IMG/VR virus record: IMGVR_UViG_3300035703_000055
Coordinates: 1 to 64,000 of that record
Length of the DNA stretch: 64,000 nt
Strand: one strand, 5' to 3'
Source: a virus
Shown here: positions 54,794 to 63,118 of the stretch, in pieces
Numbering within the stretch: the stretch's first letter is position 1
Layout: the number at the start of each line of letters is the position of its first letter
Notes under the pieces: generated by a model
What the model was told of the DNA's origin: nothing
Database searches by the model: none
The model's input: the letters and a program-made list of their open reading frames with translations, nothing else
Program-made: the position numbers and the translations under genes

Positions 54794-57700
54794 ATGGCAC
54801 AACAAGACTTCTCTCTTCTCCTGAGCGCCCTGCCGGGCTCCGAGTCACCCGCTCCCGCTGCAAGCCAAGCGCCTGCGCGCAGTGGCGACAACGTCTCGAA
54901 TTTCGTGGGCACCTACCTGCCCCTTGCTCAGCGAGTCTCAGAGAAGACAGGCGTCGCGCCTGAAGCCTTGCTTGGCCAGTGGGGCTTGGAGACCGGCTGG
55001 GGCAAGAGCGTCATCCCGGGCACCAACAACCTGGGCAACATCAAAGACTTTTCCGGCAAGGGCCCGAAAGCCGTCGACAACATGACCAAGTCGACTGACG
55101 CCTACCGCGCCTACGAAACGGTCGACGATTTTGGTGACGACTTCGCTGGCCTGCTGTCGCGCCGCTACCGCACCGCACTGAACGCCGGCGGCGACACCCA
55201 GAAGTATTTCAACGAGCTCAAGCGCCTAGGCTACGCCGAAGACCCGAACTACGTGGCTTCTGGCGTCAAGGCCGCCAAGATGGTTTCCAATGTGCTGGGC
55301 ACCAGTGCAGGCCAGGCTCCTTCATTCAGCAATGCGCGCCCACTGACGACCGACCGCAGCATGGGCGAGGCCCTGGCCGACAACCTGTTGGGCGCAGCAT
55401 CTGGCGTGGTCACCGGCGCAAAGCTGCTGACCGACACTTTTGGTGCAGACAACCGCGTGTCGCAAGCCCTGGGCGACACCACCAAGGCGCTGACCGACAG
55501 CCAGTCCCAATACCGCAAGGATCAACGCCAAGAGCGCGCCTTCGAAATCAAGAATGCCGAGGCGTCCGGCAGCACCTGGAACGAGATCGTTGCCAACATC
55601 GGCGGCTTCCTCGAGGCGCCTGTTGAGACCACGCTGAATGCCTTGGGCACCAGCGCCCCGACACTGCTGATGGCAGTCATCCCAGGCCTTGGACAAGCTC
55701 AGGCCGCCCGGTTCATTCTGCAGGGCGCGGCCGGTGCTGCGCAGGGCGTGGGCGCCGCCAAGAGTGGCATCTACGACGCGGTGCGCAACGAGCTCGAGGC
55801 TACAGGCAAGTACACCGCCGATGAGGCCGCCAAGATCGCCGCCGGCGCGCAGGCGTACGACAGCGAGAACGCTGGCAACATCGCCATCAACGGCTTGCTT
55901 GGCCTGGTGGCTGGCACCTCCGGTATTGAATCGGTGGCGGGCCGCCTGGCTGGCCGCAAGGTTGGCCAAGAGACAGCTCGTGGCATTGCTGGCCGTGCCG
56001 GCATGGGTGTGGCCAAAGAATCGCCCGTCGAGGGCGCGCAAGGCGGCTTTGAGCGCTACACATCCAACGTCGCGCTGCAGAACGAAGGCTTCGATGTTGA
56101 CCCCATGCAGGGCGTCGCTGGCCAGGCTGCCGGCGAAGCGATTGCATCCGCTCCTGGTGGTGCCGCATTCGGCGCACTGGATCGCGGCGTCACACCTCCT
56201 CCCGCTCCCAACCCCCTGCAGTCCGTTGTTGACCAGGCGCAGAAGCCCGGCAGCGTGCTCTCGCGCGCCGTGGTGTCCACCGGCGTCACTGATCAGCCAG
56301 TCGTTCCCGTTGAGAACACGATCGTTCCCGGCCAGGAAACAGTCGCCGGCGCACAAACCCAAATCGGGGTTGATCAAACCCAAATCGGGAACACTTCCAA
56401 TCCAACTGGCCCTGGCCCTTCCGCCGATCCGTTTGCCCGCAAGGCAGCCGAGCTCGAGCAAGTCATCCGCAGCCAGGACCTGATTCGCTCCATCCGCACC
56501 GATGGCGCAGGCCTCAACGGCGTGATGTTCGACCTGCGCACCTTGCGCGACCCGAGCGCTCGCGAAGACATCAAGCAGGCCGCACAGCAGCGCATCGAAG
56601 AAGAAATCACCTGGGCCCAGACCAACTACAGGCCCAAGCCTGAGATGGACACGGTGCAGGGCACGCCAGGCTTTGAGCCCATCGACCCAGCTCGCCAGCC
56701 CGAGCCTCGTGGCCAAGACGTCATGGGCCTGGACATCGTCCGCGCCACACTGCGTGACCCGCAAATCGGACCCAAGGTCAGCGACACCGATCGCCAGGAA
56801 ATCCTGCGCTTCTCGGCTGACGCCCAGAACCCAGGCCTCCCGCTCCAGACACGCCAGCAAGCAGCTCAGCAAGCCATTGAGCTCGTCGGCCGCTATCGCG
56901 CTGCCATGGAGCCCCAGGTTCAGCCCGCAGCGGATTCCGCTTCGCCTGAAGAGCAACAAACTGTTGTCGATCAAACAGCGCCCGTTGCCGATGAAACAAC
57001 AGCCCGCACACCCGCCGGCGCTGGCCCAGCCTTGTTCCGCCGCCGCGCCGAGACCATTGGCCAGCTCGTGGCCAACGGCTTTGAGACCGTGCAGCGCCGC
57101 CCAGACGGCTTCTTCCTGACCAACACCAAGACCGGTCAGGAATTCAAGCTGGACAGCATGGCCGACGCGCAGATCGCTCGCAATCAGATCCAGAAGGCTG
57201 TTGACGCCAAAGCCAACACCGCTGCCGCCAGCCCACTGAATGACCTGGCCGAGCCCACGCAAGCTCAGATCGAAGCCGGCAACTACAAGAAGTCGGACGT
57301 CATCGACCTGAACGGCATGAAGATCAAGATCGAGAACCCCAAGGGCTCGGTCCGTCGCGGCACGTCTCCTGACGGCGTCATGTGGGAGACCAAGATGGCT
57401 CACCACTATGGCGAGTTCCAGGGAACCGTCGGTGCTGATGGCGACAAGCTCGATGTGTTTGTGGGTCCACGCCCAGACGGCGACAAGGTCTACGTCATCG
57501 ACCAGGTCAACGAGGACGGCTCCTTCGACGAGCACAAAGTCATGATGGGCTTCACCTCGGAAGAGGCTGCCCGCGCCGGCTACCTGGCCAACTACGAAAA
57601 AGGCTGGACCGGTCTGGGTGCCATCACCGAGATGCCGGTTGCCGACTTCAAAACCTGGGCCAAGTCACGCCAGGCCAAGAAGCCTGCAGCGAGCATGGCC

Positions 57701-60700
57701 AAGCCCGCCGCCGCTGCGCCTGTCGCCGAGACTGCGGCCGCGCCTGCAGCCACTCCTGCCGCCCCAAGCACTCAGGGCCAGTTCGCCACCGCGGACGAGG
57801 CCAAGGCCTACATCTCCCAACAGCGCCGCACAAACGGCAACGTCTCTGGCCTGCCGCTACAGATGGCTGACGGCACCTTTGGCATCGCCATCAAGGGCAC
57901 GCCTCAGTACGCCGAGGCCGAGCGTCAACGTGACGAACGCGATGCCCAGGCAGCCAAGTCTCAGGGCGAGTTCTTCACCGTGCCCGATGGCGGCAAGCAG
58001 AAGAAGCTCAAGCGCGTCAAGAAGTCGGCCATGCCCAAGAAGGCCAGCCCGCGCCGCATGGGCGAGCCTCGCGCACTGACGCAAGACGAAGCCTCCATGA
58101 TCGAGCAGGTCGCCGCAGTGCTGGGCAAGAACGTCGTGTTCTTCGAAGCCCAAGGCGATCGCATCGGCGACGGCTTCATCCTGCCGAATGACCCAAGCAC
58201 GCTGTACGTGGCGACCGAGACCACAGTGAATCCTCTGGCCGTGTTTGGCCACGAGTTCTTCCACGGCCTGCGCGAGACCAACCCCGAGGCCTGGAACGCG
58301 ATTGCAGCCGTTGTGCGCACCCGTGTGGCCGATCCCAAGGGCTTCCGCGAGGACTACTACCGCGGCGGCGACGACAGCCAGCTCAGCGAAGAGAAGGGTG
58401 GCGAGCTCGAGGAGCTGGTCTCCGATCTGGGCGGCAACCTGATGATGGACCCGACTTTCTGGCGCGACGTGTTCGCCAAGATCGGCGAGGACCACGGCAA
58501 AGACGCCAAGGGCATCATCGCCCGCCTGGCCGCCGCCATCGAAAGCCTGATTGCTCGCGTGATGAAGGCCATGGCCCAGCCTGGCTTCCGCGCCAACGAT
58601 TTTGTCAGCGACATCGAGTCCATCCGCAACGCCTACAAAGACGGCCTGGCCGACTTCATCAAGGCCGCCGGCGTCAACAAGGCCTCAATGGGTGCCGAGG
58701 TCGCCAAGGCCAAGCAGGGCCTGCTGAAGACGCCCGATCGCGCCGCACAGCCTGGCTCACTGACCGTTGAGGGCTACCACTTCAGCCAGCAGCCTCGCGC
58801 CGTGTTGACGACCGGCCTGTTTGGCACTGGCCTGAATGGCAGCGCTCGCGACGAAATCATGAACGCCGATGACCAGCGCCTGCGCCAGCGTCTGTCGTTC
58901 TACGTCAACAAAGGCACCGGCATCAACCCCGAGGCTGGTGTTGGCGCCTACGCCCACAAGGCAACGCTCACCAACATCTACGACAGCGACGCCGATCCAC
59001 TGCGCCTGCGCACCGGTGATGCCCGCGCATTCGAGTCCAAGGTGCTCGACGCTGGCTTCAGCGGCTACCTGGCCCGAATGGACGGCACACAGTCCGGCAA
59101 CGTAGTGCTGCTGGGCAACCAGACCGTCAAGCCCGAGTTGCTGGGCACCGGGCCCGTCAAGGGCGCCAAGGTTGTGCCAGCCCCGCAGCAGCGAGACCAG
59201 GACACTGCCGATCGCCTGATGGCCAGCAAGGATCTGCCGGCCGGCATGCTGAGCCCTCAGCGCTGGTCTGAAGTGCTCATAGCGCAAGACCCTGAGCTCG
59301 CCGCCCAGCTGCTGGACATCGGCGCATTCGAGGGCTCCAAGGGCATGTACAAGGACGAGCTCGCCGCCAAGGTGCGCTCGCTCGGCGGCCAGATCCGCAA
59401 GTCGGCCGACCGCGCCAAGAGCGAATACGACGCCGTCGTCGCTCAGTACAAAGGCACCGATGCCTGGATGAAGGCGCCCAACGGCGAAGCCACCAAGCTG
59501 TCCGAGCGTCAGTGGGTGCAGGTCCGCACGCCAAGCTTCAAGAAGTGGTTTGGCGACTGGGAAGCCGCACTCGCCAAAGGTGGCGTCTGGGCTGTCGAGG
59601 ATGTGTCCAAGGCTGTTGGCGAGAACGGCGAACCCCTGGTCGTCTACCACGGCTCCGACAAGGGCGGCTTCACTGAGTTTGAGGCACCTGGCGGCAGCGG
59701 CCGAGGCGACCTCGGCATCTGGACCACGCCGGACTACGGCATGGCCAAGAGCTATGTGCGAAAGGGTCGCGCTCGCGACGTCGACCTCTCGACGCCCAGC
59801 CAATCAGAGCTCGAGGATGCGGGCTACGAGTTTTTCGGCCTAACCGATGACGACACCGAGTCCCCTGGTCAGTACTACGACGAGCCAAATGGCGACAGAA
59901 ACGGGCCATTTGAGACGGAGCAGGAGGCTGTCGCAGATGCGGCCACCTCGTTTGAGGGCGAGGCCGGCGTTCAGCCTGGCATCTATGCCCTGTTCATCAA
60001 CATCCGCAACCCCAATGAGTCCAACTTTGAGGGCGCGATGTGGAACGGCGAGCGCATCGACCAGTTCCAGGTCCGCGACGAGAACGATGAGCCCGTCTAT
60101 GACAAGGATGGCCGCGGGTACTTTGACCGCGACACCGCAGAAGCTCTCGTTGAAGCCAACCCTGGCGCAGAAATGCAGCCGGCTGATCCGAACTTCGAGA
60201 CCACAGACGACGTGGTTCGCGAAGCCCTTCGCAACGACAACGACGGCGCCATCATCCGCGAGGTGATCGACGACGGCGGTGGCCCAGGTTACTTCCTTGA
60301 CCCGCAGGACATCTTTGTCGCCTTTGATCCCTCGCAGGTCAAGTCCGCCGACTACAACAACGGCGAGTTCAGCGACAGCACCGGCGATCTGCGCAAGTCG
60401 GCTGATCGCAAGTCACTCAAGCGCGAAGACCCGTTCGAGATGTCGACCCGAATCCCGACAGCCAAGGGTAAGGCTGTCGAGGATCACATGGGCGATTTGT
60501 TGATCTCCGACTTTGGGTCCGGCAAGAGCCAGGAGAGGTGGATCAACACCGTCTCGGGCATCGTCACGCAGTACCCAAACTACCGCGAAGCCGACAGCGC
60601 GAAGACGCCAGAGAAGAAGCTTGAGCGCCTGATCCGCCAGATGACAGACAACCTGGTGTGGCTGCACAACCAGGTTCCGGCAAGCACACGCAAGCGCAGC

Positions 60701-63112
60701 AAGCTCTGGTACGACGGCGCCAACGCCATTGCCGAACGCATGGCCAAGCGCTACGGCATCACCGAGCCTCAGGCTGCCGGCATTCTTGCCGTTCTGAGTC
60801 CGCAGAAAGACTGGTTCATGAACGTGAGCCTGGCCGACCGCGTGGCCTCGATCATGGCTGAGCGCCAGAAATTTGCCTGGTCTCCACAGATGGAAGCCAC
60901 GTCCAAGCGAATCTACGGCGGCGCGCAGTACCAAGTGGCCCTGGATCAGGTTCGCGGCAAAACGCTGGGTGGCCTTGATGACGACTACCTCGCCTCAATC
61001 TGGCTGCGTGTTTACGACCAAACCTACAACAGCCGCTCGTTTGACATTGTTTCGCCCGAAGGCGACATGCTTGCCCGCGCTCAGACCAAAAAGGGCGTCG
61101 ACGCCAACGTGGCATGGGGAGGCAACAGCACCATCGCCAAAGCGATCGCAGTCTTCCGTGATGGCGGTGTGGGGCGCATTAGCTCGGAGCTTGGCACCAA
61201 GCACAAGGTTCGCAACTTCTACAACAACATCCTGGTTCCAAACAGCCGCAATGGCCACGTCACGATTGACACGCATGCTGTGGCTGCAGCACTGCTGCGT
61301 CCGCTGTCGGGCAATTCACTCGAGGTCAAGCACAACTTTGGCGGCGCCAGCAACGCAATCTCCGGTCTGCAGGGCACATACGCCCTGTACGAAGAGGCTT
61401 ATCGTCGCGCAGCCAAGGAGCTCGGGCTCTTGCCTCGAGAGCTTCAATCGATCACCTGGGAAGCTATTCGCGGGATGTATGTCCCAGGATTCAAATCGCA
61501 GCAGAAAAATGTTGACGGTATTGATAAAATCTGGACTCAATTCAAGAAAGGACGTCTGAGCTATGACGGAGCAAGAGAACTCGCAATCGAAACTGCTGGA
61601 GGCATTGAAGCCCCTAGCTGGCTCGGACGCAACCCTGGCGTTTATGTTGAAGAACAGCTTGCCGCTGAATCTGACGACGTATCTGGAGATGGAGTATCCG
61701 GAGGGAGCTCCGAAGACATTGTCATCCGAGCAGTTGGCGATGATTCCGGAGCCCCTGAGGCAGGCATCCGCCGCTCAGGAGATCGAGACGGAGCAGGACT
61801 CGATTCGAGCGGAAGCCGTTCGCAGGGAGAAGGTGCGCAAGATGGCGCAGGACGCCTCGCGCCGCTTCCCGGCTACGCCCACGGCAACATCCAAGGGGCG
61901 GCAGGGCCGGACCCGCGGATAGTCGAAGTCGCCGAGAAGTACGCGCGCGACAACGGGATCACGCTTGTCCGTCAGGCCGAGTATGTCGAGGTTGATCCCG
62001 AGCGAGCCGCGCGCATTGCGGATGCCTACCAGGCAATGCCGCATGCGCCTCAAGACCCACGCGTCAAAGAGGCGTTCCGGAACCTGATCAGCCAGACCCG
62101 CGCTCAGTACGACGCGCTCATCGAAGCTGGCTACGAGTTCACGTTCTTCGACTCCAACAGCGACCCATACCAGGGCAACCCCTGGAGTGCCATGCGGGAC
62201 TTGCGCGCCAACAAGCGCATGGCCGTGTACGGCACCTATGACGGCTACGGCACCGAGGGCATCACCGCCAAAGCGGCCGATGACAACCCAATGCTGGGTG
62301 ACACCGGTTTGCAGTGGAAAGACCAGGGCGGCCAACTGCGCCCAGTGGCGGCCAACGACCTGTTCCGCGCTGTGCATGACGCTTTTGGCCACGGCCTCGA
62401 GGGCGCAGGCTTCCGGGCCCAGGGCGAAGAAAACGCATGGCAGGCCCATGTGCGCCTCTTCACTGGCTCGGCCGTCGGCGCCATCACGAGCGAGACCCGC
62501 GGCCAAAACAGCTGGCTGAACTACGGCCCGTACGGCGAAACAAACCGCACGGCAAAGCTTGAAGGCACCGTTTTCGCCGAGCAGAAAACCGGTCTCATGC
62601 CAGAGTGGACATGGAGTGAGGGTGTGGCCGCAGATGCCGGCGACATCCGAAAGAGTCCTGCGCGCCGCAATGACCTTATGGCCGCAAAGCTGTCCCGCGT
62701 CGGCATCAAAAGCGCCGACGACTTTTGGAGGACCTGGCGCAATCTGATGGTTGGCACCGCCGGCCCAGATCCACGCCTGTCGGCGATCGGCTCGACTGAT
62801 TCACAGGTCCAGAGGGTTGAGGGCCTTGTGCGGGCGCACAGGATTGACGCTGACGACTCCGGCATTCTGAGCGTACTCAAGGGGTACGACACCAAGCCCG
62901 AAGGCGCCAAGACCGGCGGCAACGAGGATGGCGTCGTCACCTCTGCAATCGCAAAGCGAATCTTGGAGAGCGCGGGCGTAAAGCCAACCGTTGAAAACGC
63001 GGTTGCGGCATACGAATCGCTGCCAGGCAGCGCTCAACAAAATGTTGTTGATGCAACATACAATCAACGCATCGCCGCCCTCAAAGATCTCATCTCCTGC
63101 CTGAAGAAATAA
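54794..63112 (+). CDS. giant polyvalent ejection protein (glucosaminidase, InPase-like, HExxH peptidase, ART-like, HhH-glycosylase-like domains)
   Basis: LETGWG..NNLGNIK..GYAEDPNY (GH73); AGNYKK..IENPKGS.R..DGD.LDVF..FDEHKV; HEFFH; PLVVYHG; KVRNFY..VTIDTHA; AVHDAFGH..GEENAW. Confidence 0.88.
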   Translation: MAQQDFSLLLSALPGSESPAPAASQAPARSGDNVSNFVGTYLPLAQRVSEKTGVAPEALLGQWGLETGWGKSVIPGTNNLGNIKDFSGKGPKAVDNMTKSTDAYRAYETVDDFGDDFAGLLSRRYRTALNAGGDTQKYFNELKRLGYAEDPNYVASGVKAAKMVSNVLGTSAGQAPSFSNARPLTTDRSMGEALADNLLGAASGVVTGAKLLTDTFGADNRVSQALGDTTKALTDSQSQYRKDQRQERAFEIKNAEASGSTWNEIVANIGGFLEAPVETTLNALGTSAPTLLMAVIPGLGQAQAARFILQGAAGAAQGVGAAKSGIYDAVRNELEATGKYTADEAAKIAAGAQAYDSENAGNIAINGLLGLVAGTSGIESVAGRLAGRKVGQETARGIAGRAGMGVAKESPVEGAQGGFERYTSNVALQNEGFDVDPMQGVAGQAAGEAIASAPGGAAFGALDRGVTPPPAPNPLQSVVDQAQKPGSVLSRAVVSTGVTDQPVVPVENTIVPGQETVAGAQTQIGVDQTQIGNTSNPTGPGPSADPFARKAAELEQVIRSQDLIRSIRTDGAGLNGVMFDLRTLRDPSAREDIKQAAQQRIEEEITWAQTNYRPKPEMDTVQGTPGFEPIDPARQPEPRGQDVMGLDIVRATLRDPQIGPKVSDTDRQEILRFSADAQNPGLPLQTRQQAAQQAIELVGRYRAAMEPQVQPAADSASPEEQQTVVDQTAPVADETTARTPAGAGPALFRRRAETIGQLVANGFETVQRRPDGFFLTNTKTGQEFKLDSMADAQIARNQIQKAVDAKANTAAASPLNDLAEPTQAQIEAGNYKKSDVIDLNGMKIKIENPKGSVRRGTSPDGVMWETKMAHHYGEFQGTVGADGDKLDVFVGPRPDGDKVYVIDQVNEDGSFDEHKVMMGFTSEEAARAGYLANYEKGWTGLGAITEMPVADFKTWAKSRQAKKPAASMAKPAAAAPVAETAAAPAATPAAPSTQGQFATADEAKAYISQQRRTNGNVSGLPLQMADGTFGIAIKGTPQYAEAERQRDERDAQAAKSQGEFFTVPDGGKQKKLKRVKKSAMPKKASPRRMGEPRALTQDEASMIEQVAAVLGKNVVFFEAQGDRIGDGFILPNDPSTLYVATETTVNPLAVFGHEFFHGLRETNPEAWNAIAAVVRTRVADPKGFREDYYRGGDDSQLSEEKGGELEELVSDLGGNLMMDPTFWRDVFAKIGEDHGKDAKGIIARLAAAIESLIARVMKAMAQPGFRANDFVSDIESIRNAYKDGLADFIKAAGVNKASMGAEVAKAKQGLLKTPDRAAQPGSLTVEGYHFSQQPRAVLTTGLFGTGLNGSARDEIMNADDQRLRQRLSFYVNKGTGINPEAGVGAYAHKATLTNIYDSDADPLRLRTGDARAFESKVLDAGFSGYLARMDGTQSGNVVLLGNQTVKPELLGTGPVKGAKVVPAPQQRDQDTADRLMASKDLPAGMLSPQRWSEVLIAQDPELAAQLLDIGAFEGSKGMYKDELAAKVRSLGGQIRKSADRAKSEYDAVVAQYKGTDAWMKAPNGEATKLSERQWVQVRTPSFKKWFGDWEAALAKGGVWAVEDVSKAVGENGEPLVVYHGSDKGGFTEFEAPGGSGRGDLGIWTTPDYGMAKSYVRKGRARDVDLSTPSQSELEDAGYEFFGLTDDDTESPGQYYDEPNGDRNGPFETEQEAVADAATSFEGEAGVQPGIYALFINIRNPNESNFEGAMWNGERIDQFQVRDENDEPVYDKDGRGYFDRDTAEALVEANPGAEMQPADPNFETTDDVVREALRNDNDGAIIREVIDDGGGPGYFLDPQDIFVAFDPSQVKSADYNNGEFSDSTGDLRKSADRKSLKREDPFEMSTRIPTAKGKAVEDHMGDLLISDFGSGKSQERWINTVSGIVTQYPNYREADSAKTPEKKLERLIRQMTDNLVWLHNQVPASTRKRSKLWYDGANAIAERMAKRYGITEPQAAGILAVLSPQKDWFMNVSLADRVASIMAERQKFAWSPQMEATSKRIYGGAQYQVALDQVRGKTLGGLDDDYLASIWLRVYDQTYNSRSFDIVSPEGDMLARAQTKKGVDANVAWGGNSTIAKAIAVFRDGGVGRISSELGTKHKVRNFYNNILVPNSRNGHVTIDTHAVAAALLRPLSGNSLEVKHNFGGASNAISGLQGTYALYEEAYRRAAKELGLLPRELQSITWEAIRGMYVPGFKSQQKNVDGIDKIWTQFKKGRLSYDGARELAIETAGGIEAPSWLGRNPGVYVEEQLAAESDDVSGDGVSGGSSEDIVIRAVGDDSGAPEAGIRRSGDRDGAGLDSSGSRSQGEGAQDGAGRLAPLPGYAHGNIQGAAGPDPRIVEVAEKYARDNGITLVRQAEYVEVDPERAARIADAYQAMPHAPQDPRVKEAFRNLISQTRAQYDALIEAGYEFTFFDSNSDPYQGNPWSAMRDLRANKRMAVYGTYDGYGTEGITAKAADDNPMLGDTGLQWKDQGGQLRPVAANDLFRAVHDAFGHGLEGAGFRAQGEENAWQAHVRLFTGSAVGAITSETRGQNSWLNYGPYGETNRTAKLEGTVFAEQKTGLMPEWTWSEGVAADAGDIRKSPARRNDLMAAKLSRVGIKSADDFWRTWRNLMVGTAGPDPRLSAIGSTDSQVQRVEGLVRAHRIDADDSGILSVLKGYDTKPEGAKTGGNEDGVVTSAIAKRILESAGVKPTVENAVAAYESLPGSAQQNVVDATYNQRIAALKDLISCLKK
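61502..61552 (+). promoter_or_regulatory. internal promoter and RBS for the nested gene
   Basis: CAGA-AAAAT-GTTG at 61502-61514, TG-A-TAAAAT at 61522-61530, AAAGGA at 61547-61552. Confidence 0.55.
61563..61922 (+). CDS. nested +1-frame gene inside the polyvalent protein gene (candidate immunity/inhibitor)
   Basis: own ATG, RBS and extended -10; protein-like composition, unlike other shadow ORFs. Confidence 0.6.
   Translation: MTEQENSQSKLLEALKPLAGSDATLAFMLKNSLPLNLTTYLEMEYPEGAPKTLSSEQLAMIPEPLRQASAAQEIETEQDSIRAEAVRREKVRKMAQDASRRFPATPTATSKGRQGRTRG
63035..63064 (+). promoter_or_regulatory. CAAC-N5-GTTG box plus -10 upstream of the next gene
   Basis: CAAC-AAAAT-GTTG at 63035-63047, TACAAT at 63059-63064. 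Confidence 0.5.
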
Positions 63113-63118
63113 AGCACC

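Noticed and set aside
55322-57535. 737-aa antisense ORF, and similar ones at 53043-54413, 35587-36810, 33941-35215, 32082-33218, 29794-30801
   Set aside because: They mirror well-supported sense genes; such shadow ORFs are expected with strong GC3 bias and show no motifs or RBS
59847-60266. Other same-strand alternative-frame ORFs inside the giant gene (also 55689-56483, 60873-61559)
   Set aside because: Arg/Pro/Ser/Thr-rich shadow composition with no evident promoter or RBS, unlike 61563-61922
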